NCBI GenBank assembly: GCA_051362555.1
Contig: CM120643.1
Location: forward strand, 20,526,848-20,590,847
DNA length: 64,000 nucleotides
Source of the DNA: Lingula anatina
Taxonomy: Eukaryota > Animalia > Brachiopoda
Direction: 5' to 3'
In this document: in pieces, positions 24,881-37,828 of the stretch
Numbering within the stretch: the stretch's first letter is position 1
Layout of the letters: each line of letters opens with the position of its first letter
Notes under the pieces: model-generated
Database searches by the model: none
What the model saw: the letters and a program-made list of their open reading frames with translations, nothing else
Told to the model about the DNA's origin: nothing
Translations under genes and position numbers: made by a program

Positions 24881-25954
24881 TTAATGAATGTTTTGTTTGT
24901 TTTTTTTTTTGGGGGGGGGAGTCAAAATTTCATAGGGGGAGTCACATTTTCATTATGAAAATCTGACTGGGGAGTCACATTTTCATAATGAAAATCTGAC
25001 TGGGGAGTCACATTTTAGGGAAGTCAGATTTTCATGGTACACCGGCCTTAAGACCTTAAAACTTAATTGTGGATACAATTTGCATTTTAAAACGAATATG
25101 TAAATCACATATACTGTATGGAAATTAGCTCTCAGTGCTATTAATAGCTTACCACATGCAAATTGTCATGCTTAGATCCATCTGAATATATAAATTAATT
25201 GAAGGAATATGTAAATCACATGTATTCAAATTTATACTATCAGCACTAATTAACGATTCACTACACATATCTCCCTTTTTTACCGAAAAAAAAAAAATTA
25301 AGGAACTTAATTTTTTTCTTTAAACCTATTTCACCGACACTTATTTATACAATGTAACTGATATTATTTTAAGCTATAATTCAAGGTACATGAACATCTC
25401 ATCAAATTTAACCAAGATTTGATAGTTTCAACATCAAAAAAACAATTTTAGCTTCCCCTAAGCATTAAAGGACTTATAAACATACTTAAGCTTTGCATAG
25501 ACATCCACACCTCTTTAAAAATAAAAATATTACTGCCTTTCACCTTTTACTAAAACCAATCAATATATAGTTCACATTTCACAACATAGGAACTTATCCT
25601 TCACAAAAGGTATGCATTTTTTTTTAATCTGATGCAAGTATTAGTAAAGGAAAATTTGATGTACAATTATTAACAGAACATTTTATGAAAAACAATCTAT
25701 GAACAATTTACTAACCTTATTGGAAAAAAAACTTCAGTGAGGTGGATCTCTCTATTTTCTTATACAATAATTAACAGAAACAAATTATGAAAATCTACAC
25801 ATGGACAACTTACTTATATTATAAAAGTACCTTATTTTGCAATGAGGTGGGTACCTCCATTTCTCTGTACCTTTCAAGTTAAGTTTTTCAGTTCTTTCTG
25901 ACACATCAAGCAACTCATCTGTTTTCTTCCCTTGTTTTTCATTTCTGTCTTGAT

Positions 25955-27071
25955 ACCCCCGTCACACTTATTCGGAATCAGCAGGAATGAAGAAGAATGA
26001 GCCCGAACAAAGAATTTTTAAAATTCGCACCACATTCGGGGAAAAATTTCAAATTGACCTTAATTATTGTAAGAGTACCGTTGGAATACTCAGAATGCGC
26101 TTGAATTCGCCTGGAACTTTGGACTGTATTAGCTCTCAAAAGCAGTTCGAATGTATAGTTGGAAAACTAGGAATATTTATAATGCTGTAAGAAGGCAGTA
26201 AGAATATTTAGAATATAATTTGAACAGCGCACTAGTGTAGTTTGATTGCTGGCAACATTAATATTTCAGCTCATCCGAGGCACATTCGAAACATTCTGGT
26301 GGGATATAAAATCCCCGTCACACTAGAGGCGGAATGATTAAGAATGGCGTCTGAAATACAACTCTTTGTGCATTCCAGGATATTCGAAGAGCATTCTAAA
26401 AACATTCTAAAAATTCTGAGTGCATTCCAAATATTTTCACCCATTCTTGTGGCCGGGTCGAATGTTTTTGTCATGTCAAAAACTTTCGAAGTGCATTCCA
26501 AGAGGAAATTTATCGCAATATTCCTACAGTATTCCAACTACATTCGAGCTGCATTTGAGAGGTAACATACCTGGAATCTGCAAGAATCATTCCAGGCGGG
26601 TTTGATGTGCATTCTTAGTATTCTAGAGGCGTTCTTACAAAGCCATAATATTTTATGATAATTTGAAATCCCTCCCGAATATGGTACGAATTTTTTAATT
26701 TAATAATTCCTGCTTGATTCCTACTGATTTTGAATAAGTTTGATGGGGGCTTTAAGTCACTTGTCAGTTCAAATATTCCTCTTATGTGATCATAATGTTT
26801 CGAATGCTGTCGGAATGCTGTGAGAGAATTTAGAATGCAGTCATAGTGCAGTTAGAACACTGTTCAAATGCCATTCGATAAATTTCCACTTGGAATGCAC
26901 TTCGAAAGTTTTTGACATGACAAAAACATTCGGGATGCCACAAGAATGGGTAAAAATATTTAGAATGCACTCGGAATTTTTAGAATAATGCTCTTCGAAT
27001 ATCCAGGAGCGCACACAGAATTGTCTTTCCGAGGGCATTCTTGCTCATTATGCCTCTAGTGTGACGGGGGT
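25955..27071. mobile_element. Palindromic MITE with AT target duplication (PIF/ISL2EU-like)
   Basis: TIR ACCCCCGTCACACT / AGTGTGACGGGGGT with AT on both flanks; internal inverted copies at ~26312 and ~26740. Confidence 0.75.
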
Positions 27072-28370
27072 ATTATCCTTGTAATAAGCAAGTATATTCA
27101 AATTCACTATATCATTGTCCCTTTCCTCAGTACGCAGCTCATTCTTTTCCTTGTTCGTCATTTCAATCTGTCATTGTCCTCATAGTGACTCTCCTTTTTA
27201 TTTGCCTTGACCTTATCATTGTCCATTTCTTCAACACTCAGTTCATTCCTTTTCCTCACTTGTTCATCATTTCTGTCCTTGTCTTCATAAGAACACTCAT
27301 CTTCATTCAGTTTGACATTATCAATGTCCATTTCTTCAACATGCAGTTCATTCTTTTCCTTCACTTTTTCATCATTTCCGTCATTGTCCTCAAAGTTACT
27401 TTCATTTTCTTTCAGTTTAGCCGTCTTATTAATGTCCATTTCTTCAACATGCAGCATTTCAACATCAGGGGATTGTAACATTTTATCATCATTGGACTTC
27501 AACTTCTCAGCATCATTGGTAGGCACCATGTCCGCATCAGGGGACTGCAACATCTCTGTATCAGGAGACGTCAATACCTCAGTATCACCGCTGGTCTTAA
27601 GGGATTTCAAAATCTCAACTTCAGGAGATTTTACTTTGTCAGCAACATCACTGACAACAATGTCGTTGCCTCCATCGGGGAGCTGCAACATCTCGGCACC
27701 AGGGATTGGCATGTCAGTATCACCACTGACCATGAGGGATTTCAACATCTCAACTTCTGGAGAATTGTCAGCAACACCACTGATCACAACCTCATTGCTC
27801 CGGATCCCCTCTCTAACTTCTTTTCCTATTGCAGTCTCTTCATCACAGCTGTCATTTAGTGTGCTTCTCTGCCCCACTTCCAGCTGAATGCTTCTTATCA
27901 CTGTGCCTATTGATACGGTAAAGTCTTGAAAATTTCGGCGGCCTTGAAAATTTCGTCGGCAGACGATTTTCCACTGATGCAATTTTTTTCACTTTGAAAA
28001 TTTCGTCGACCTTGAAAATGAGGTACTCGATAATTTTTGAAAAGTTCATCACCTAATATGGCCGCATTGTCCAGCTCAAACACGAAAGTAATGTGTCAGT
28101 TAATTCAAGACAATAATACGACCAGGGTATCATTGCCGATTACACTCTCAATGGGAGATAGGAACAATAGTGCGCCCCTGCGAGCGGCTACTCACATTTT
28201 AGATGGTTCAGATATGAATTCCCATTCTCAGTTGCGGGAACGTCAGCCTTTTGTCTTTAGTTTCATCACTATTACCTGGCTCAAGGTGCGTTTTCAAGCC
28301 GGTAAATAGAAGTCACAGGCCGCGGCTCTTTGTCAGTTATCTATGTTATCGATGGCTGTCCTAAATGAGG

Positions 28371-31345
28371 TACCCTAGGTTCTAGATTCCGGTATTGCCA
28401 GCTCGATCTTGATTTCATATGTAACCCATATCGCAATACCAGGCTCTAGTGCACAGCTGCCATGTTAGGCTCCCGTCAATCAAATAGAACTGCTCTGCAG
28501 TGAATCTGCAGTTGAATGTCATCAGACCAAAATGAAATGTAAAATAGATTTAAGGCCGGTGATAGGGTTAAATACACTTAAAATCATGTTTTTGAGTTTT
28601 TTTTTTGTGTTTATATTAATCAAAAAAGTATCTAATGTTGGATGTAATAATTTTTATGAATTTGCATCGCAAAATGTGTCTTTTGATGAGTTTTTCAACC
28701 GGCACGCACCCCAGTCAGGCTGACAACTAAGCCACGCCCCTGTTACTAAGGGCCGTTGCCCTGAGGGGGTCGGAGCACAGTTAATGAGTTATAAGCCGAT
28801 TACATGTGCGGTAATAGGTCATAAGTCTTACATCAGCTTAGCAGCGAAGAAGTCTAGCTAGTACATTATGGGGAAGAGAAAAGTTCGTGTTAAAAGTCCA
28901 TTTCCAGAGGAAAGAAAGAAAATTTTGAAAGAGAGTAGGGCCTATGCGTGGCGGTTGGGGAAAACCGGCCCTATTTGTTCAGTCGGATAACTGATTTCTG
29001 TATACCTAATAAATGGGTGAAAGAGTTAATCGAATCGCCTAAATTAATTGACAAATGAAAGAAAAATCGATAAATAAATTTTAAAAAACGCTAAAAAGGA
29101 TACTTTTAGCCTAGCTCTTAATTTTTGCGATATACATCGGCGAGCGTATCTGCGACACGTTACGAAACCGGAAATGATTGTTGGTCGCCGTTTGCAAAAG
29201 GTAAATCTAATGTTGACAAAATAAAATTTTATTCTCCAAGATATGATATCATGGAGCTTGAGAGACACGCGAAAAATTGTGATGTGAATGGCCAAACGAG
29301 AGAAATCCAAGCAAGGGTTGACAGCATGATTAAAACAATAAAAATAAAAACGCATGTTAGCGGCTTTGCATTTTGCGATGTTTGGAGAAAAACAATTTCA
29401 AAATCACTGATCAAGCGGGAAGAAAGAGTTCAAAATGTATCCAAAAATGAAAATCACAAAAAGACCCTGAAAATAGTCAAGACTAGCAGGTAAAAAGCAA
29501 ATAGAGTCTAAGTGTCATGTGTGTAAAAATAAAATATTTATTCAAAAGCCTTCTCTCAGCCACTTTTACCGCCGAATCTTGTGCAGCTGAGCATCTCCCC
29601 TTTATCTTAGCTGGCATTTTGAGAGAGACCGCTCTGAAGTAATCACTGGATTTTTCCGTTGATCTGACGATTACCAAGTGTCGTGCAAAATAATCCTGCA
29701 GCATTACCCGTCAAAAAACTCGTATTAACACAAGTGACGGACACTTGCTCTCGACACAGTTTTATCAAGGAATCTCTCAGGTAAAATTACTCGATTGCCG
29801 AGGAAGAGCCATTGAAACGTTCAAATGCAACTTTACACCTCTTAATTGCGTTTAAACGTAATCGCCTTTGTTAGCGCTTCCTTCTACATATCCTTGACAC
29901 CCTACGGGGCATCACTAGGCTAGGACCCTCTCCAGAGCTGTCAATCAAAATGGCGGCACGCTTACATGCCTAACGAGTGGTCGGAAAATGTAACAAAAGC
30001 ACGATTTTCTGCCCCTTCAAAGCACCCAAACAAAATATTTTTAGATGACAATAAGCAATGGTTCCATCTGAGCGTATAACCGATAACAGGTAAATTTGCC
30101 AGCTAAGCATTTGACTAATAAGCCCTGTTAACCAACCTGTGAACGTTTTTGGCTGTTTTAACAGCTTTCTATATTGACGAGATAAGTGAATCGCTGCCAA
30201 GTATATCTCACTATCTGAGCAACCGATCCTTACAAAAGTTGCACCTATTGTTGTTAGGAATGTGGACTACAGCATGATATCAGGGGTTTAAGAGGAAATT
30301 GTTTGTTTGAAAGTTATCGCCTTTTGAAGTGAATAACCCATTGAAATATGGGCTGATTTAACGTAAAAGATGATAAAATCAAAAGTAAATAGTTTAAGAC
30401 AATTCCCTGGTACCCCGCTGTAGTGCTTTCACCCAGCTTTATGAGGCCTTTTGAATCATTTGAATAGCTGACTTGGTTATAGAGAAAATCCCAATACCGA
30501 AAACGGCATTTTTCCCCTCAAATTGGCGCCAGAGCGTCATCCGTTGGACACTGTACTTAATCTGTACCGTCTCTAATTGGCCTTTTGGAAAGTTTGTTTT
30601 AATTTTTTATAAAAACTTACAAGCCCAGGGCTTTGTTTCTATGACTTTGGTCCTTTTACTATTAGTGGCCTTAACTCTGCTTTATTTAATTTTATTTGCT
30701 GTATTTAAGATATGTAAAGTGAGAAATAAATAATATGTTTCTAAAAGAAAAAGGTATATCCAATGTTTTTGTATTTTTTTGCTTATCAAAGAACATTTAG
30801 TCCTGAGATATGCACGTGCACAATACACGTGCTTGCCGTGTGCCAAATTTGACAGCTATACTGAATGCCCGATACCACTATAAGGGCTGCGCAACGGCTA
30901 CACCAAAATCATTTTTTAATAATAATAATAATAATAATAAGATTCTTATATGGCGCCTTACATTCTATCTCAAGACGCCTTAAAGCAGAATGTTGCTTGT
31001 GTTGTGGCACTGACCTTCGACTGCAATATATTTTCAATTCAAACTTCGAAATCCGCGTCAGACACTTTGATTCTTGTCTCGTCTGCATGAGATTACTTCA
31101 GCGCAAGGTGGGAAAGGCAGCTCCAGGCGGCTAAAACTGTGACGTACGAGACTTACGACTTCCAAATATGGATCCAGGCGGACACAGCTGTGACACGTGA
31201 CTTCCAAATATGGAAGCACCCCAGGCAAAATTTTGAAGAAGAACGCCCTCAGATTGTCGCTGTTCGTCAGAGCTAGTGAAAGTGACTCCAAGGTATATTA
31301 AATATCAAACAAACTAACTTTCACGTTGCTCTGACACTCAGGGTA
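28371..31345. mobile_element. DNA transposon with 8-bp TSD (AAATGAGG) and TACCCT...AGGGTA ends
   Basis: TSD at 28363-70 and 31346-53; family E copy 2 shows the empty site at ~35053-35060. Confidence 0.75.
28554..30670. mobile_element. Kolobok-like family B copy 2
   Basis: TTAA-GGCCGGTGA ... AGTGGCC-TTAA; high similarity to 18961-20687. Confidence 0.8.
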
Positions 31346-31815
31346 AAATGAGGCAGACACAATGAAAAAATCAAGATATTATCTCAAAGGGAAATGTACC
31401 CATCAATTCTATTCATGTCCATTGCACGAGTTAAGACATTTAACAATTACCTAGCTCGTAAACATGGACATCTTTTCACGATCTGAATGGGACAAGAAGG
31501 CAATTTTCATATCTTCATCGGAGAATCATTTGCGAAATATCGTCAGCAAATCTTTCGCGATCCAAGCGAGGCGAGGAGGCAATTTTTATCAAATTTGTAG
31601 CAGACTCCGTTAGCGTAAGTTCACCAGAAAGAGATCGTTTGCGATTCAAGAGACAAAAAGGCAATTTTCATATCTTCGGAGAGAGATTGTTTGCGATTTA
31701 AGCAGGAATAAATGAAATTTTCATATTAGTTCAAGGGACTTATGAACTTCGTTTGCGGAAGATCGTCAGTGGGAGATCATTATTAATATTTGAACCCCCC
31801 CCCCTTGAAAGATTA

Positions 31816-33767
31816 AACAAGGCAGCAAAGCTGTCAAATGTACAGACAAAAACAGAAAATAAATATGCATAAATTGGTTCATTTTGTCAATTTTGATGCA
31901 ATAATAAATAATGCCTATAATAGCACTGTCAATCAACACTGAATTTTAATCATGCACAACAGGTGACATCGTCAATAACAGGAACGGATCCAGAGATATT
32001 TTCTGACAGTACTCCAAAGTATCTTTGTTGATCTATCCTACATTTTGATGGTCTTCCAACAGAAAAAACAGATACCAATCAATGTGAACTTTAAAATCTG
32101 AAAGACCCAGAAGACGGCCTCAATCCACCCCTGCAATAAGATTACAGTTTCAGGACCATGAGAGTTCAAATTCACATAATGAAAATCCCAATATTTGAAT
32201 AATGATGACAGTGCATAAAATAATATTACATAATGTTTAAAGACATAAAAACCAATGCAACTGCTTATGAGGAAATACAGAAAATGTGAAGAGCTTCAGG
32301 TGGATGGGAGCTGAAAATGCCAGTGTTTGAAAAATAAATTAAAAAGAAAACACAACAAAAATATCCCATTAAAGCTGCTATTCAAACTTTTAATCTTGCT
32401 GTAATAACATGATATGAATAACCCTAATGTGTTTCTTTTGTATACCTATTTGCAATATTAAACAACATTTACCTGCATAATTATCACAGATTCCTAATTA
32501 TATGACACAGTTAAGAGAGCTTAACCTATGGGACTTTACAGGGAAGTCTCGTGTGTTTTATGTAATCTTATTTAATGGGCACTTGGAAATTAATTAGGCA
32601 AGTGATTTTATAGCTCTGAATTTAGCTTGTGACTACCCCAAGGGACAATTACCACCATCCATAAACAGTAGCCCCATATAGCACTCTATAGAGCTACATT
32701 GCTTCCAAAACAGAAAACAATCACACTGATTTTCCAACACAAACTGCACGTCAGTCTTATGAAACTTTTCAGTAAGTTTGAGTATCATAAGTAACATGGT
32801 TTTTCCTTAACGGTCAGTCCGGCAGCCATTTCCAAAATAGGGTTTTCTTCAACTTTTATGCAATATAACATAATGACCATCAATTTTTAATAATAAAATA
32901 AAAGTATCATGGATATACAGAAAATGTGACATGGAAAGGTCTTCAAGGCAATGGAAGTTCAGAGTCACTCTTTCAAAATGCCAAAATGTAAACAAGAGAT
33001 AGCTGTATTGAATTGAATTTCTTTCCATTTTCAACACCTTTTTTTCATATAACAAAATAATCAATTTACTGTCATTTTTAAATGAACAACTAAGAAAATT
33101 GTTGACATAGGAAAAATATCAATAGAACAATTTTAAATGTTCAGTTTGCTCCATTCTGAGATTCTGAACATGGTGAATGATTGAATCTGACAAACTGTAA
33201 AGATATGAGTTTACTATTTTTTCCTTTTTTTGACACTTTATTACACAATAACAGGTTTATCATCATTTTAATATAATCAACTAACAATATTGTTAAGATG
33301 CAGAAAATGTGAAAAGAACATCTTTACATATTTAATTAGTTCACAAATGAGATTGTTAACATGCCGAAGAATTAAATCTGAGGAAAAAAACACTTATATA
33401 CAAAAAAAGCATAACTTCACCAAAACTGAACCGATCGAGCTTATTTTCGAACTCCATCTGTATGACTGATCTTCCCTGTAAATTTCAAGACAATTGGCCA
33501 ATTGATTTTCCTTGAAATGTGTTATCAGTATTGCATACATTCTGAAAAAAGTGAAAAAACAGCATAACTTCCATAAAATTGGTCCGATCACGCTGATTTT
33601 CAAACTTGACCTGTGTATTATGAATGTTCATCAGTTCTGTAAGTTTCAAGCCAAAAGGTAAAACGGTTTTTTACTTATCGTGTTATCGGTGGTCAAAGTG
33701 CACGACGGCGACGACGACAGACGCAGGTGATGGCTATATGCACAGACACATCTATGTTTGTACATAA
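31816..33767. mobile_element. HINE-like family A copy 2
   Basis: Same AACAAGGCAGCAAAGCTGTCAAATGTACAGAC start and a degenerate terminal hairpin. Confidence 0.75.
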
Positions 33768-34597
33768 AAAATTTATGTTTTTCATCTTATCTTTAAACCC
33801 CCCTCCTCCCCAGCTCACAGCATATCTTCAGTGGTGCGTAATTTGTTACATAGGCCATGTCCAGTTTATAATGCAAGCTTGCAATTAGGCTATTTTGATC
33901 CCTCTCCTCTATCAGGAGGTATGTTTGTTACCGAAAAGACAATTCTTAACATACTTTACGAGTAAATTGATATGACTTTATTGAGATGCACTAATAAATA
34001 GATTTTATTATTTACCACCAGAAAATGACTTAGGAAGTATATATATAGTGATGAATATCCCACAATATATGAGGAACTTGCAAGGATAAAAGTCGGTAAG
34101 GATAAAAGCCCGAAGGTCAACGTTTTGACAATTTTGTCATACCCAGGAGTTGGGGAGATGTAAATTTGAAACATTCGTCAATTTACGCAAATGAAAATTT
34201 AAATTAATTTTAAAGCAACAAAATTTTCAAGACTTTACCGTAGTTCGTTTCCATTGTCATACTTTGTTTTTTCTTTCGAATTTATTACTGCGCACAGATT
34301 TCTGAGGGAATTTGAAAGTAAAAGTGCATCTTGTTTGTCGTGTCTCGTGTTTTCAGACGTATTGCTGATTTCACCCAGACAATCTAACAGCCTGCTGTAG
34401 ATTTCTGGGTCTTCATACTCGTACTCGTCTTAATTCATATAGCATCTTGACTATAAACTGCCTTTCTGTCTCAGCTGCTTAAGGTAAAACCTGGGAGCTC
34501 GCCATCTGTAATAACCAGTCGGTTGGTTATATTCGTCTTTTTAGAGTTACTTTTTCACCAGTAAGTCAACTGAGACAGGCAGGTATAGTTTCTGCTA

Positions 34598-37433
34598 CGG
34601 TAAAGTCTTGAAAATTTCGTCGTTCTTGAAAATTTCGTCGGCAGACGATTTTCCGCCGAGGTAATTTTTTTCCCCTTGAAAACTTCGTCGACCTTGAAAA
34701 TGAGGTACTCAATAATTTTTGAAAAGTTCGTCACCAAATATGGCCGCGTTGTCCAGCTCAAACATGAAGGTAATGCGTCAGTTGATTCAAGACAATGATA
34801 CGATCAGGATATCATTGCCGATAACACTCTCAATGGGAGATAGGAACAATAGTGCGCCCCTGCGAGCGGTTACTCACAATATAAGTGGTTAAGATGTGAA
34901 TCCCCGTTCTTAATTGCGGGAACATCGGCCTTTTGTCTAAATAGTTTCATTACTATTACCTGGCTCAAGGTGCGTTATCAAGCCGGCAAATAAAAGTCAC
35001 AGGCCGCGGCTTTGTCATTTGTAACGCCGTTATTGTTATCGGCGGCTGTCCTAAATGAGGAAGACACAATGAAAAATCAAGATATTATCTCGAAGGGAAA
35101 TGTACCCGTCACTTCTATTCATGTCCATGTTCAATTTAGGACCATTTAACAATTACCTGGCTCATCCATGGAGATCGTTCGCAATGCGAATGGGACGAGA
35201 TGGCAATTTTCATAGCTTCAGCAGAGAATCTTTCGCGTAATATTGTCAACAGATCGTTCGCGATCCAAACGAGACAAGAAGAAAATTTTCATATTTATAG
35301 CAGACTCCGTGCGCGTAAGATCATCAGCGGGAGATCGTTTGCGATCCGAGCGAGACGAAAAGGCAATTTTCATGTCATCATCGGGAGATCGTTCGCGATG
35401 TAAGCAAGAATGAAATGCAATTTTCAAATTAGTGCAAGGAACTTAGTTTGCAAAAGATCGTCAGCGGGAGATCACTATTCTAACCCCCCCCCCTTTGAAT
35501 TTAATAAATAATATATATATCAGTGACCTTTTTATTACCGTACTGCAATGTAATGATTTTGATATTGCAAAATGCACAACTAATTTTCTTTATGATTGTT
35601 TTAAAGCTAGGGATATGAAAGTTGCATCCATGCTGAATAAAACCTAGATTAACTGATGATGCAGTCAGCGGGAGATCACTATTCTAACCCCCCCCCCCCC
35701 CCCTTTGAATTTAATAAATAATATATATATCAGTGACCTTTTTATTACCGTACTGCAATGTAATGATTTTGATATTGCAAAATGCACAACTAATTTTCTT
35801 TATGATTGTTTTAAAGCTAGGGATATGAAAGTTGCATCCATGCTGAATAAAACCTAGATTAACTGATGATGCAGTTTTCATATCCCCCTAAATAATAGTT
35901 AGTTTAATATAAGGTTTAGTGTAGCCTATTCTAGTTGAATCAGTTTTTTTTTTTTTTTAATTATCCCTATATTGATCTTTATTGAGTAGTACATGTACTT
36001 TCCCTGCTTTAGTCTAGACATTATATAATGTATATCAAACTGTATATGGTAATCACTCTGCGGATTACTTCTTGTATTTGTATTTGATCATGCCCGGATG
36101 TAGGGCGATAGTCAATAAACTTCTGATTCTATATTTTCATTTTATCTTAAACCCCCCCCCCCCCCCTTCCCCGCTCATGGCATATCTTCGGCGGAGAATC
36201 GTTCGCGTAAGATAATCATCGCGGGATCGTTTGCGATGTAAGCAAGAATGAAATGCAATTTTTATATTAGTTCAAGGGATTTAGGGAACTTCGTTAACGG
36301 AAGATCGTCAGCGAGAGATCATTATTTCACTCTTCCCCCCCCCCCCCCAGACCCCAGACACACACACTTTGGATTTAAAAAATATCTTTTTCATTTTATC
36401 TTTAAACAGCCCCCCCTCCCCCGCTCACGGTATATATTCGGCGGAGAATCGTTCGCGTAATATCCTCAGGACTTAGTTCGCGTAAGATCATATCAGAGGG
36501 AGATCGTTCGCGATCCTAGCTTGACGTAAAGGCAATTTTCATATCATCGTCGGGAGATTGTTCGCGATGTAAGCAATAATAAAATGCAGTTTTCATATTA
36601 GTTCAAGGAACTTAGTTTGCAAACGATCGTCAGCGGGAGATCATTATTTTAACCCCCCCCCTCCCCTTTGAATATTATAAATAATATATATTTTTAATTT
36701 CATCTTTAACCCCCCCCCCCTTCCCCGCTCACGGCATACATGTATCTTCGGCGAAGAATCGTTTGCGTAATATATCGCCAGGACTTTGTTCGCGTAAGAT
36801 CGCCAGAGGGAGATCGTTCGCGATCCGAGCGAGACGAAAAGGCAATTTTCATATCATCATCGGGAGATCGTTCAGTTTTCATATAAGTTCAAGAAACTTA
36901 AATTGCGGAAGATCGTCTGCGGGAGCAATTATTTTAACTCCCTGTAAATTTTAAGGAAGTTACAGATGGTACTTTTAGAAGGCCTGACATTCAATCCTGG
37001 GAAAAGCCCTGCATGCAACAAACGTTGCCAAGTGCATAATTTTTTTAAAATATGTCGCGGCCAGGTTATAATGCAAGGAGGCAATTAAGCTTATCTTGAT
37101 CCTTCTCCTCTATCAGGAGGTATGTTTCTTACCGAGAAGATAATTCTCAACACATTTTCGGGTACAGCAAGTTAAATTTAACTTAATCGAGATGCAGTAA
37201 TAAATATATTATTATTTACCACCAGAAAACGACTTAGGAAGTAGTTTTAAATATCCCACAATATAGGAGGGTCAAAGATAACAGTCGCTAAGGATAAAAG
37301 CCCAAAGGCCGGATTTTTGAAAATTTCGTCATACCCAGGAGTCGGGGAAAGGTAATTTTGAAAAATTAGTCGGATTTACACAATTAAAAATATTAATTAA
37401 TTTTTAAGCGACGAAATTTTCAAGACTTTACCG
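34598..37433. mobile_element. TA-TSD family E copy 2 with internal GAGATCGTTCGCG repeat arrays
   Basis: Same TIRs as copy 1 with TA flanks; empty site CTGCTACATG at ~18818-18827. Confidence 0.85.
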
Positions 37434-37466
37434 TACATGATTTATTCAATCAACTGTACAACTCAG

Positions 37467-37610
37467 GGCTCCGTATCTCGAGGTGTTCGCTATGTTGCAC
37501 ATGTGCGCAAACGTCTCGATTCCATGGCCCTGTATCTCGAAAGAATCGGTTATGGAATTGAGACACTTGTGCACGTGAGCAACATAGCGAACCTTTCGAG
37601 ATACGGAGCC
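37467..37610. mobile_element. 144-bp palindromic MITE with 3-bp CAG TSD (PIF/Harbinger-like)
   Basis: TIR GGCTCCGTATCTCGA / TCGAGATACGGAGCC; empty site CTCAGGTCTC at ~18850. Confidence 0.8.
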
Positions 37611-37828
37611 CAGGTCTCTATGTATGTCCCTATATATGTCTCTCTACCTCTCAGTCTATCTCTCTGTCCCTGCTTTAATTTATACATGAACTTAATTTAC
37701 ATTTTAAATTAACTTCTATGACTGACATGCGACATGCCATGCCTTAAGACCTTAAAACTTAATTGTGGATATAATTTGCATTAACGAATATGTAAATCAC
37801 ATACATGTATATGGAAATTAGCTCTCAG

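Larger units (their letters stand above)
20688..25041. mobile_element. Foldback-like element with CCGG target duplication, inserted into the right TIR of B1
   Basis: CCGG at 20684-87 and 25042-45; inverted arms built from ATGAAAATCTGACTCCCC units and ~180-bp repeats. Confidence 0.7.
18961..25047. mobile_element. TTAA-targeting (Kolobok-like) non-autonomous DNA transposon, family B copy 1
   Basis: TTAA-GGCCGGTAA ... TTACCGG[insert]CC-TTAA; the empty site CATGCCTTAAGACC is seen at ~37738-37751. Confidence 0.8.
27916..34240. mobile_element. TA-TSD (Tc1/mariner-like) non-autonomous element, family E copy 1
   Basis: TA-CGGTAAAGTCTTGAAAA ... TTTTCAAGACTTTACCG-TA; hosts three nested insertions. 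Confidence 0.8.
25853..34505 (-). pseudogene. Disrupted acidic-repeat coding exon (pieces 34243-34505, 27072-27915, ~25853-25952)
   Basis: The reading frame continues across both transposon insertions (GNE-L-SIGTV; YKDN-QDRNEK); acceptor TTATTACAG precedes an ATG at 34505; ~33-aa ELHVEEMD repeats; stops and frameshifts present; the 3' boundary is approximate. Confidence 0.6.

Noticed and set aside
27185-27887. Plus-strand Ser/Phe-rich ORFs
   Set aside because: They are the antisense shadow of the acidic minus-strand exon.
27916-27982. Annotated start (MHQWKIV...) of the 274-aa ORF
   Set aside because: This N-terminus is read from the TIR of element E1; the original frame continues at 34243.
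35165-36940. GATCGTTCGCG motif with variable spacers as CRISPR-like
   Set aside because: The spacers are themselves repeated and the array is enclosed by transposon TIRs.
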